Program-made: the position numbers and the translations under genes
Source: Clostridiales bacterium UBA1740
GTDB taxonomy: Bacteria > Bacillota > Clostridia > Oscillospirales > CAG-272
NCBI GenBank assembly: GCA_002315715.1
Contig: DCHY01000029.1
Coordinates: 1-48,178, forward strand
Direction of reading: 5' to 3'
DNA length: 48,178 bases
The notes under the pieces: model-generated
Database searches by the model: none
Seen by the model: only the letters and a program-made list of their open reading frames with translations
Told to the model about the DNA's origin: nothing
Part shown: positions 7,984 through 16,619 of the stretch, piece by piece
Layout: every line of letters begins with the position of its first letter
Position numbering within the stretch: position 1 is the stretch's first letter

Positions 7984-10212
7984 ATGAACGGTACGGACTT
8001 TACGGCACCCGTTTTGCCGGCGGATCACCCCCGCGTTTTCATCCAAAAGGCAGATATTCCGGCGCTCCGTGAAAAAATCAAAAAACCGGCGCTTTCCGAT
8101 GCGTATGCGGCATTCCTTTCCCGTCTGTCGGAACCTGCCGACGGCACGCTTGCCCATCCTTCGGGGAGCCGTTTTACCAACGCCGATTCGCACAAACTCG
8201 GCGTTATTGAGTGCTACGCCCTCTCCTATCTTCTTGACGGGGACGAGGCGCGCGGCAGAGCGGCTATCGACGCCGTCTTGACCTATCACCGCGAAATCGT
8301 GCATTACGATTATAATACCCAGGGGCAGGAACTTTTCACCCTCGGCCTCGTTTACGACTGGTGCTATGCTCTCCTTTCCGAGAGGGAAAAAGACATCTTC
8401 TTCCGCGCAGTTGAACAAACGGCGAGCGGCATGGAGATGGGATATCCGCACTTTTCCCAAGGCTTCGTGACCGGTCACGGCGTCGAAGGACAACTCATGC
8501 GCGATTTGATGTGTGCTGCCATCGCCATGGCGGATGAACACCCCGCGCTCTATCAAAACACCGCGAAATTGTTTTTCACCGAAATGGTGAAAGCCAAACG
8601 GTATTTATATTCCTTTGGGGCGTATCCTCAGGGCACGCATTACATCTCCTACCGTATGCAGTGGGAATACTTGGCGACGCGCCTTTGGGACGGTCTCGGC
8701 ATTGACCACGTGTTCGGCGAACAGCAGAAGGAACCGCTCTATTGGTTCTTTTATATGATGCGTGGGGACGGTATTTCCCTGTTCGACGGCGACGACCACA
8801 AAAACAATCTTCCGCTCGGCGAGCCGTACCACTTGATGTACCGTCCGTACTTTCACGCCGCTTCCTATGAGCATGACGGCTATTGCCTGTCGGAAGCCTT
8901 GCGTGAGCGCCCCGAGAATCCTTTCCGGGAATCGGGTAACCAATCTTTGAATGCGGTGGAATATCTGCTTTGCGCGGATCCCGACCTTCAACCGAAACCG
9001 ATTTCCGATTTGCCGCTTTCCCGTTATTTCGGTCATCCGCGCGGAGAACTCATTGCGCGAACCGGTTGGGACTCTGACAGCGTCGTATGTCAGATGAAAA
9101 TCAATCATATTCACACCGGAAACCACCAACACCTCGACGGCGGTGCTTTCCAGATTTACTATCACGGCTATCTTGCCACCGACAGCGGCTATTATCAGGC
9201 TTTCCGAAACAGCGACAACCGCAATCCCGCCTCGGGCAATACCAATTACAATTCACAGCACTTTCTGTCGTATTATCAGCGAACCGTTGCGCACAACTGT
9301 ATGCTCGTCTTTGACCCGAACGAAAAGGTGGCGAACTACGACCGCACCGACCTTTCGAATGACGGCGGACAGCGCTATCCCGATAACGGCAAGGAAGCCA
9401 AAACCCTCGATATGCTTCTGGATCCCGCCTTCGGTCACCGCGTCGGCGAAGTGCTTGCCTATCGCATTGACGAAGGTGAAAACCCTCGTTATTCCTACCT
9501 CAAAGGCGATTTGACCGACGCTTACACCGAAAAGGTGACGGGCTATTGCCGCTCCTTCGTCTTTTTGCCGCTATGCGAAGAAGCGGACAAAGCGGCGCTT
9601 GTCGTCTATGATCGCATCGCGAGCGCCGACGCGTCTTTCAAGAAAACTTGGCTTCTCCATACGCTGGAAGAACCGATACTTTCGGGCGACACGTATGCAG
9701 CCGCCGATACCCGAGAGGGATACGGAGGCGAGCTGACGCTCAAAACGCTTTTGCCAAAAGAAAAAACCGTCAAAATTCTCGGAAACGACGAGGTCTTCCG
9801 TGTTGGCGACGTCAATTACGTTGCCAAGACTTTGGAAGGCAATCGCCATAACGAGGGCGGCGGATATCGCCTTGAAATCACCCCGAAAAACGAAAGTATC
9901 GAAGATACCTTCTTGAACGTTTGCGGTATCGGCGACAGGGGCAAAACGCACGTCGCGTCATCGTATCTCAAGACGGAAACTCACGAGGGTGCGCTCGTCG
10001 GCAAGAACGTCGTTTTGTTCGGCACCGATAAAAATCCCTCTGCAAAACCCCAAACCGTTCGCACCGAAAGCGATTGTCAAATGCTTTTGGTTTTGGATTT
10101 AGTTCCCGGCGTTTGGTACGTCAACGACAAACCATACGAAGTAGACACTGACGGCGTTTTGACCGTGCTTGTCCCCCCACGCGTTTGTCACATCAAAAGA
10201 GAGGAACCGTAA
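7984..10212 (+). CDS. hepB: Heparinase II-like polysaccharide lyase (Hepar_II_III, PL21-like), no signal peptide
   Basis: HPRVF start, YDWCY, GHGVE, QGTHY, ARTGW, NHQHLDGG, LATDSG, RTVAHN, YLKGDLT, KKTWLLH. ATG at 7984 follows an AAGGA RBS. Confidence 0.8.
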   Translation: MNGTDFTAPVLPADHPRVFIQKADIPALREKIKKPALSDAYAAFLSRLSEPADGTLAHPSGSRFTNADSHKLGVIECYALSYLLDGDEARGRAAIDAVLTYHREIVHYDYNTQGQELFTLGLVYDWCYALLSEREKDIFFRAVEQTASGMEMGYPHFSQGFVTGHGVEGQLMRDLMCAAIAMADEHPALYQNTAKLFFTEMVKAKRYLYSFGAYPQGTHYISYRMQWEYLATRLWDGLGIDHVFGEQQKEPLYWFFYMMRGDGISLFDGDDHKNNLPLGEPYHLMYRPYFHAASYEHDGYCLSEALRERPENPFRESGNQSLNAVEYLLCADPDLQPKPISDLPLSRYFGHPRGELIARTGWDSDSVVCQMKINHIHTGNHQHLDGGAFQIYYHGYLATDSGYYQAFRNSDNRNPASGNTNYNSQHFLSYYQRTVAHNCMLVFDPNEKVANYDRTDLSNDGGQRYPDNGKEAKTLDMLLDPAFGHRVGEVLAYRIDEGENPRYSYLKGDLTDAYTEKVTGYCRSFVFLPLCEEADKAALVVYDRIASADASFKKTWLLHTLEEPILSGDTYAAADTREGYGGELTLKTLLPKEKTVKILGNDEVFRVGDVNYVAKTLEGNRHNEGGGYRLEITPKNESIEDTFLNVCGIGDRGKTHVASSYLKTETHEGALVGKNVVLFGTDKNPSAKPQTVRTESDCQMLLVLDLVPGVWYVNDKPYEVDTDGVLTVLVPPRVCHIKREEP

Positions 10213-10878
10213 TTGATTAAAAAAGAAAACACGCAAAGTCAAAAGCTTCGCACCTACGTCGGCATCGCCGTGTTTTCGGCGCTTGCCTACGTCGTGGTGC
10301 TGATAGCGCCCATCAAAGTCAGTTTTCTGACCTTGGATTTTAAGACGGCCGTTATCACCCTTGCCGGGTTGATTTACGGACCCATGGCGACCTTTGCCGC
10401 CTCGCTCGTCTCTTGCCTTTTGGAGGCGGTGACGATCAGCGACACACAGTTTTGGGGCTTCCTTATGAATTTCTTGGCAAGCTTCGTTTTCTCCGCGACC
10501 GTCACGGTGCTTTACCGATATCAGCACAATAAACTCGGTGCGGTGCTCTCCCTTTTTGCCGGCGTTGCGGCGCTGACCGTGGTCATGGTGCCTGCCAACC
10601 TGTTTATCACACCGATTTACATGAAGGTGACAAGAGAGGCGGTCGTGTCGTTGCTTTTGCCGCTTCTTATTCCTTTCAACGTCGCCAAGGGACTGCTCAA
10701 CGCCGCCGCCGTCGCGCTTCTGTATAAACCCATTATTACCGCGATGCGAAAAATCGGCTGGCGAGAATCGTCGGGCGAATCCCAAATACACAAAAAAGAC
10801 ACCGTCATTTGGGCGATTGCCGCCGCGTTCGCTATCGCCGTCGCCGTCGGTTTGCTCATTCTGTTAAACCGTTCATAA
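10213..10878 (+). CDS. ECF transporter S component (RibU-like, substrate uncertain)
   Basis: FLTLDF...GLIYGP, ANLFITPIY, IPFNVAKG; about 6 TM helices. TTG start abuts the lyase stop. Confidence 0.85.
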   Translation: MIKKENTQSQKLRTYVGIAVFSALAYVVVLIAPIKVSFLTLDFKTAVITLAGLIYGPMATFAASLVSCLLEAVTISDTQFWGFLMNFLASFVFSATVTVLYRYQHNKLGAVLSLFAGVAALTVVMVPANLFITPIYMKVTREAVVSLLLPLLIPFNVAKGLLNAAAVALLYKPIITAMRKIGWRESSGESQIHKKDTVIWAIAAAFAIAVAVGLLILLNRS

Positions 10879-10919
10879 AAAAGGACCTCCCACCGTTCGT
10901 TCGTGGGAGGTCCTTTTTT
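10877..10919. terminator. Bidirectional terminator
   Basis: AAAAAAGGACCTCCCAC / GTGGGAGGTCCTTTTTT between convergent genes. Confidence 0.85.
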
Positions 10920-10925
10920 ATGCAG

Positions 10926-12959
10926 TTAAGAATTGAAAATCAAAATCACGCTGTTCATCGAAGTGACGTATTGGAAAGATGTCGACACTTTGGTTTCGTT
11001 CATGATGGCTTGAATTGCGGCTGCCGTATCGGTCAATCCCATATCCAAACGCAAATCGAGGGAACGTTCGGCGAGCGGATACGCGGCAAGGATGGCTTCC
11101 ACCAACGCCGCACCGTCTTTTGCCGAGGTGATTGTGAGAGAATAGGTATTATCATTTACCTTGACGGTAAGCGCGTCATAGAAAGGATAATCCGCCGTCG
11201 CGTGGATATCGGCGTAGTAAGTGCCGTCCTCGACGGCATGCGCGGCATAGGTGCTGTCTGAAAGAAGGAAGAAAGAGTAGGTCAACACTTCCGTGTCACC
11301 GACGATCGTTCCGCCGGCGGTAGCGTCCACCACGTACCAATTGTCGCCGAGTTTCACTTTGTTCCAGGCGTGGGGTCCGTTTCCTTCAACGGTCTTGCCC
11401 GACACGCGGATACATGAAATCCCTTCCATGGCACAAAGGGAAGCAAAGGCTTTGCTGATGCCGTCGCAAACCGCGAGATGATCGAGAAAGACGCCTTCGA
11501 GAGAAAAGGCACGGTAAGCGGTCAACCCCTTGGCTTCGGCTTGTACCATCTCCAATACGGCTTTGTCGTAAACGGTATCGAGAATCAGTTTTTCATAAAT
11601 GGCGCGCACTTTTTGGTAGTCGGTCATATCGTCGGAAACGGCTTCGCGCAGGAAGATCTTCATGGTGTTGTAAAGCGCGATGATATCCGTCGCATCCGCG
11701 TCGATGACGGGGCGGTAGCCGTGTTCCAGTGCATAATAGAGCGCGTCGGAATTTTTGACGGGGAATTCTTTTGTACGTTTGTCGGCGGCAAAATCGTCAA
11801 ACAAGGCGGAGCGTTTGTTGCTGACGGGCGTCACGTTCAAGCTGGCGATTTGACGGTACTGCGGCGCTCCGCTCGTCTTGGTTGCCACCTCGGGATAGGT
11901 CACGTCCACCGTCAGAATTTTGGCGAGCAAGGAGGTTTCAATCTCGTAGCCCTGGTAAGAAACGCTGCCGGCTTTGAGGTAAGGAAGAAGAGAATCAAAA
12001 TCGTCTTCGGTATAATCGAGGGAGAATTCCATCGCCGTCTGTCGGTTGATGAGCTGTTGTGAGAAAACGCCGAGCAAATCTTCTCTCGACGTCACGTGGA
12101 CGGTGGGAAGGGAGGCGTCGATACTCTCCTCTCTGGCGTACAGAGTGAGATTGCCTTCCGGCATACAACTGCCGGTAAAGGGCGTCGTGTAGGTGTCGTC
12201 GGTGTAATAGCGAATGGCTTTTCCCGCGCTCGGCGCAATCTTAAAATCGGCACCGAAATCCAGCGAGTCGCCCGCCATCTTCAGTTTGGAGTAGAGGTAG
12301 AGGTCGTAGTACAACTTCAAAATCTGTCCGTCGGCGTACACGGCGTCGATACGCACGGATTTTGAAACGTAGGGATATAGGTACCCGTCAAACACGCCGT
12401 CGTAAGACCATCCGCGGAAGAAATAAACTTCTTCCTCGGTAATGGTGTTTTCAATCGTCGGATAGGGGATGTCGGCGCCGTAGGACAGTTCCTCGGAATA
12501 GACGCACTCTCCGCGGTCATAAATATCGACTTGATATTTCTTTTCGGTTTTCGTGTAGAGAAGCTCGAAATCGGTGTCTTCCGTAACGGAATAGGGAAAG
12601 ACTTCGGGCTGCTCATCGCCGTTTGCATCCCAACCGAGAATCGAATAGGTGTAGGCGGCGTTGTCTTGCAGAGTGAAGGTGGGCAGAGACAAAAGATTGC
12701 CTTTTCTCATCGACTGTCCGTCTCCGAGCGGTTCGCCGTCCTTGAAGAACCGCACCGTCACCGTCGTATTGCCGCTTGGCTTTTGATCGGCGTTGCCGTC
12801 GGTTTTTCCTTGCGAAGTGCCGCCGCCCGTCGTTTGGTTCGTCGCGCTTGACGTCCCGCCGTCGGCAGGCAACACAAGGTCAAGGCAGGAAGCCGAAAAG
12901 CAAAGAGAAAGCATTATCGGTATCAAAAAAAGAAAACGTATCGGGTTTCGACTGCTCAT
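10926..12959 (-). CDS. Transglutaminase-like domain lipoprotein with InlB B-repeat-like N-terminal segments
   Basis: Signal peptide ending FSASC, Gly/Ser/Thr linker, GW and NLTLYA repeat-like motifs, catalytic-triad motifs VCDGIS / HAWNKV / VDAT. Confidence 0.8.
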   Translation of the reverse strand: MSSRNPIRFLFLIPIMLSLCFSASCLDLVLPADGGTSSATNQTTGGGTSQGKTDGNADQKPSGNTTVTVRFFKDGEPLGDGQSMRKGNLLSLPTFTLQDNAAYTYSILGWDANGDEQPEVFPYSVTEDTDFELLYTKTEKKYQVDIYDRGECVYSEELSYGADIPYPTIENTITEEEVYFFRGWSYDGVFDGYLYPYVSKSVRIDAVYADGQILKLYYDLYLYSKLKMAGDSLDFGADFKIAPSAGKAIRYYTDDTYTTPFTGSCMPEGNLTLYAREESIDASLPTVHVTSREDLLGVFSQQLINRQTAMEFSLDYTEDDFDSLLPYLKAGSVSYQGYEIETSLLAKILTVDVTYPEVATKTSGAPQYRQIASLNVTPVSNKRSALFDDFAADKRTKEFPVKNSDALYYALEHGYRPVIDADATDIIALYNTMKIFLREAVSDDMTDYQKVRAIYEKLILDTVYDKAVLEMVQAEAKGLTAYRAFSLEGVFLDHLAVCDGISKAFASLCAMEGISCIRVSGKTVEGNGPHAWNKVKLGDNWYVVDATAGGTIVGDTEVLTYSFFLLSDSTYAAHAVEDGTYYADIHATADYPFYDALTVKVNDNTYSLTITSAKDGAALVEAILAAYPLAERSLDLRLDMGLTDTAAAIQAIMNETKVSTSFQYVTSMNSVILIFNS

Positions 12960-13038
12960 AAATCCAACTCCTATTTTTTCTTCTATTGTACTGTATTTTG
13001 ATAGAGGAGTGCAAGTCTTTTCCCGAAAATAAAGAAAA

Positions 13039-13062
13039 TCCCCCGAAAAGAGCTTCGGGGGA
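13039..13062 (-). terminator. Terminator of the spoIIIA operon
   Basis: TCCCCCGAA / TTCGGGGGA stem followed on the minus strand by TTTTCTTTATTTT. Confidence 0.75.
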
Positions 13063-13069
13063 AACCTTT

Positions 13070-13630
13070 TTATTTGGTCATGATGGCTATTTTTTCGGGG
13101 TTGATGCCGGTGGTTTCATAGGCAATCGTAAAGATTTCGGCGGCCTCGGCGGCTTGCAGGCTGTCGGCTTTGACGATGACGCTGACGCTGTCGTCTCCGA
13201 TGACGGCGACGCATTCTTCAAACCCTTTGGCTTTGACGAGCGATTCGATGTTGCTTTCGTTTTGAATATTGACGGCAATCTTTGAAATTTTCTCTTCGGC
13301 TTCGGCGCGCGCGACCTCATCTGCCTCTTCGTTGTCGGCAACGAGTTTCAAAACGTCAAGGGCTTCGGCACGGGATTGGGATCTCGTCAGAGCCGTAGCG
13401 GTGAAGTAGGTTGATTCTTCGGTTTTATCGTCCCCCGACGCGGCGGCGGCAGCGGCGTAGTTGTCTTCCATGTTGTTATTGCCGTAGCCGATGGCATCCA
13501 AGGGATCGTAGAACAAACGGTAGTTGAGATAAACGGCAAGACCGATCAAAAGGCAGGACGTAACGATGATGACGCTTTTTCCTCCGCGGGAGGAAAAGAA
13601 CTTTTTGAGTTTTTCGGTTTTGATTTTCAT
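13070..13630 (-). CDS. spoIIIAH: Stage III sporulation protein AH
   Basis: N-terminal TM ending AVYLNY, YF..A.L.R...R, IESLVKAKGFEECV. Last gene of the operon; GAGGTG RBS before ATG 13630. Confidence 0.9.
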   Translation of the reverse strand: MKIKTEKLKKFFSSRGGKSVIIVTSCLLIGLAVYLNYRLFYDPLDAIGYGNNNMEDNYAAAAAASGDDKTEESTYFTATALTRSQSRAEALDVLKLVADNEEADEVARAEAEEKISKIAVNIQNESNIESLVKAKGFEECVAVIGDDSVSVIVKADSLQAAEAAEIFTIAYETTGINPEKIAIMTK

Positions 13631-13660
13631 AAACACACCTCGATTTTTGTTTTCTGCTTC

Positions 13661-13689
13661 AATCTATGACGCCGTCCGTTTTCGTATGA
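13661..13689 (-). promoter_or_regulatory. Candidate sigmaE promoter directly upstream of spoIIIAH
   Basis: Minus strand TCATACG-14-CATAGATT, matching the sigmaE consensus (ATA...CATAcanT). Confidence 0.6.
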
Positions 13690-13695
13690 CCGATT

Positions 13696-14103
13696 TTATG
13701 CTTTTCGTTTCAAAACGGTGATACGGTTGGCGCCGATGCCGAAAAAGGATGACAGCATTTTCGTCAGTTCGGCGCGCACGGCGGCACTGTCTCCGCCGTC
13801 GCAAACCACCGTGACGGAAACCACCTTCATAGACGTTTCGGCATCCTGCGCGTAGGCGGCGGTTGTATCGCTTTCGTAGAGAATGAGAACCTGTACCTCT
13901 CCCACCCCCGTCACGTTCGACAGTACGTTTTCGACGTTTTTCGTCATGGCGTCTTCGTAGGAAACGTTTTCGGTTTTTGAGCCCGGGAAAACGTCAAAGG
14001 TGCCAAGACACAATAGCGTAATACCGACGAGCACGAGAAAGCCGATGAGAAAGACTTCTTTTTTAGCACGCAAATAGCAGAAAAAGGCGTTTTCGTTATT
14101 CAT
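13696..14103 (-). CDS. spoIIIAG: Stage III sporulation protein AG (short form, 135 aa)
   Basis: One TM, LSNVTGVGEVQVLI and VVCDGGD...GIGANRITVLK. Sits between AF and AH; GAGG RBS before ATG 14103. Confidence 0.75.
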   Translation of the reverse strand: MNNENAFFCYLRAKKEVFLIGFLVLVGITLLCLGTFDVFPGSKTENVSYEDAMTKNVENVLSNVTGVGEVQVLILYESDTTAAYAQDAETSMKVVSVTVVCDGGDSAAVRAELTKMLSSFFGIGANRITVLKRKA

Positions 14104-14542
14104 ATACGACCTCACAATTGCCGCATTTTTGGGAGTTGACATACGCACGGATACCGTTTTGGTCGAGAAAGACGGCAGCCCCCGACAGGAAAACCGTCAC
14201 GCTTTTTGCCGTCATCGTTTCGGTGGAAAAACCGACGAGCATCACCCGCACTTCGTCTTTTTCCATGCCGAATTCTTCCATGAGCGCCTCCCCGAGGCCC
14301 GCTTCGAGCGCTTCTTTTGAGACCGTCTCGAGTGAACTTTCGTAAGAGGGCAGGGAAAAGTCCGGCATTTCGGAAAAGAGCGTCACGCCCTCTATCAAAA
14401 AGGGCAATAGAGAAGAGAGAAAAATCACCGAGAAAACCCGCTTTGTCAACCCTTCGAGTTGATTCCCTTCAAGCAAAAAGGATAGCAAACCCAATACGAA
14501 GGAAAGCGAAAAAACCGACAGAGAAAAAGCGTTCATATTCAC
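14096..14542 (-). CDS. spoIIIAF: Stage III sporulation protein AF-like
   Basis: Two N-terminal TMs plus a soluble domain. Assigned mainly by operon position; the start may be ATG 14536. Confidence 0.6.
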   Translation of the reverse strand: MNMNAFSLSVFSLSFVLGLLSFLLEGNQLEGLTKRVFSVIFLSSLLPFLIEGVTLFSEMPDFSLPSYESSLETVSKEALEAGLGEALMEEFGMEKDEVRVMLVGFSTETMTAKSVTVFLSGAAVFLDQNGIRAYVNSQKCGNCEVVYE

Positions 14543-15555
14543 CTCAAGGCGGCGACGCCGCTCATCATAAAAAGGACGAAAGAAAATATAAAAAGGACGG
14601 ACGAAAACACCGCGACGGCAATGACGGTGTCAAGGGCGTCGGCAAAGGAAGAAAAAAGCGTCAGCACGCCAGAGTCGTCCCCTGCAAACATTCCCCCGAA
14701 AAAAGACAGGAAAAACCGCAATAGCAGCAGCCGCAGAAAAACGGGAAGAATCAAGATGGCTATCGTATAAATCCCGACCGCCCCCACCGTGTTTTTGAGA
14801 TACGACATGGAAGCGGCAAGCGTCTCGACTGCCGATGAAACCGACGAGCCGACAACCGGAACGGCTTGTTGCAGGGTGTATTTTGCCGTTCGCAGGGCAA
14901 ACGTGTCCTTCGTGCTTCCGAGAAAGGTCTTGAGCGACATTACGGCGGAAAACAACGTCCCGATAAAACCGAGAAAAACGCAAACGGCTTTTTTGAGAGA
15001 GCGAGCAAAACGACCGGCGGCAGGGCAAAGAAAAGAGACGAGCGAAAGAGATAAAAGCAAAACGCACAGGGGTAAAAACAAGGACAACACCCATTCGAAA
15101 AGCCATAACAGCGACTGATTGCCGACGTAGAGAGAAGCGGCACTCACGGTGCCGCCGCTCGAGAGTTCCGCCGCGTACAAAAACGGCAGTGCAGAAGAGA
15201 AAAAGGTGAAAACCTCTCTCAAACCCTCCTCTAACCCCGTCACAAGCGGGCTGATAACCCCCATCAGCGCCACACCGAACACCACCGAGAGCGCGTGCTT
15301 GGCGGTGTCGTCTGCTTTTTCTTTTGTCAAAAACCCCTCCGCCAAGAAGAAAAGAAGCCCTAACGCAAACAGAAACACAAGAGCGGAGAAAAAGCCGCTG
15401 GCCTCTCCCGTCAGCCATTCAAAAACGGCGGCAAAAGCCCCCTTAATACTGACTCTTTCCCCTAAGTTGTCCCCCCTTTTTATTTCACTTGGAAGCAAGG
15501 CGAAAAAATCGGCGAGTGCCTCTTCGGTGTTTGAAAAATCTATTTGATTCGTCAT
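14539..15555 (-). CDS. spoIIIAE: Stage III sporulation protein AE
   Basis: Polytopic membrane protein with RTAKY...VPVVG and LKNTVGAVG motifs. Confidence 0.85.
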   Translation of the reverse strand: MTNQIDFSNTEEALADFFALLPSEIKRGDNLGERVSIKGAFAAVFEWLTGEASGFFSALVFLFALGLLFFLAEGFLTKEKADDTAKHALSVVFGVALMGVISPLVTGLEEGLREVFTFFSSALPFLYAAELSSGGTVSAASLYVGNQSLLWLFEWVLSLFLPLCVLLLSLSLVSFLCPAAGRFARSLKKAVCVFLGFIGTLFSAVMSLKTFLGSTKDTFALRTAKYTLQQAVPVVGSSVSSAVETLAASMSYLKNTVGAVGIYTIAILILPVFLRLLLLRFFLSFFGGMFAGDDSGVLTLFSSFADALDTVIAVAVFSSVLFIFSFVLFMMSGVAALR

Positions 15556-15926
15556 AGGAGCGATACTCCCGTTTCCAAAATGTCAAGGAAAAAGGGAAGT
15601 GTCAAAAGGATGATTTCCACCCGCGCCGCCGAAAGGGAAGCCCGTTCGGCGGAAAAGGCGCACAGATCGTGGCAAATGTCGGAAGTGATGCTGCCAAGAT
15701 AACAAACGCCGAGAATTTTGACGGCGGTTGCTACGTAGGTTTCGCCGTTCGGCACTTTTTCAAGCAACAAAGAAACGGCGGGGAAAAGCAAACGGACGGC
15801 ACGTCCGAAAAAAAGCAGGACTCCGAAAATACCGAAAAGCGGCGCCCCACGCCAACCGAAAGAAGAAAGAAGAAATCCCGAAACGGCAAGCAATACCAAA
15901 GCCCCGAGAAAAGAGTAAAAACTCAA
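15552..15926 (-). CDS. spoIIIAD: Stage III sporulation protein AD
   Basis: KILGVCYL...SDICHD motif and operon position. Confidence 0.75.
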   Translation of the reverse strand: MSFYSFLGALVLLAVSGFLLSSFGWRGAPLFGIFGVLLFFGRAVRLLFPAVSLLLEKVPNGETYVATAVKILGVCYLGSITSDICHDLCAFSAERASLSAARVEIILLTLPFFLDILETGVSLL

Positions 15927-16117
15927 AGGCCGAACACCTCCTTCACGGCGGAGAAAAGATTGCCGATTTCTCCCACCAAAAAGAGCAGAACGATGACGAT
16001 ACCGGCGATGGAAACGAGGGTTGCCTGTTCTTCTCTGCCGGACTTGCCGAGTATGGTGGCGGCGATACTGACGAGAATGCCGATGCCGGCGATTTTGAAA
16101 ATCAATGAAACGTCCAT
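15923..16117 (-). CDS. spoIIIAC: Stage III sporulation protein AC
   Basis: MDVSLIFKIAGIGILV...SGREEQA, 64 aa, canonical. Confidence 0.93.
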   Translation of the reverse strand: MDVSLIFKIAGIGILVSIAATILGKSGREEQATLVSIAGIVIVLLFLVGEIGNLFSAVKEVFGL

Positions 16118-16136
16118 GTGTTACCTCTTTTCCGGG

Positions 16137-16619
16137 TTATAAAAACAAAAGAAGGATGCCGAGTGCCAAAGAAAAAGAAAGCGTCTTGGCTAAACGGATA
16201 CGGGATTTTGATGCTTTTTTGTCGGCGGCAAGCAAAGTTTCCGCTTGCGTCGTCCATACCGACAAGTGCTTTTTTTCTTCTTCCGCGTCTTCTCTGCCAA
16301 AGTGTTCGGAAAACTCCGAAAAAACGCAAAGCATCTTTTCACCCATCGAAAAGTTATCTTTTGTTTGCAAAAAAGCCGTTTTTGCGCTTTCGCTTTTTCG
16401 CAAAGCTTGGAGATATCCGCAATTTTCAAGGATGGGTTCGTCCGCTTTTTCTGCGATTTTCGGCAGCGGCGAAGAATAGAGCAAAAACTCGTTTTGCACC
16501 AAGGACAAAAATCGGCAAAGGCTTTCTTCCTCTATTATCTTTCGTTTCTCATAGGAAGCGTAGCCGAAGGAAAAAAGCAAAGCCGCAAGCAAAAGAAGAA
16601 TGCCGCCGACGCTCTTCAT
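16137..16619 (-). CDS. spoIIIAB: Stage III sporulation protein AB
   Basis: N- and C-terminal TMs around a helical domain (PLPKI, FGRED); lies between AA and AC. Confidence 0.75.
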   Translation of the reverse strand: MKSVGGILLLLAALLFSFGYASYEKRKIIEEESLCRFLSLVQNEFLLYSSPLPKIAEKADEPILENCGYLQALRKSESAKTAFLQTKDNFSMGEKMLCVFSEFSEHFGREDAEEEKKHLSVWTTQAETLLAADKKASKSRIRLAKTLSFSLALGILLLFL

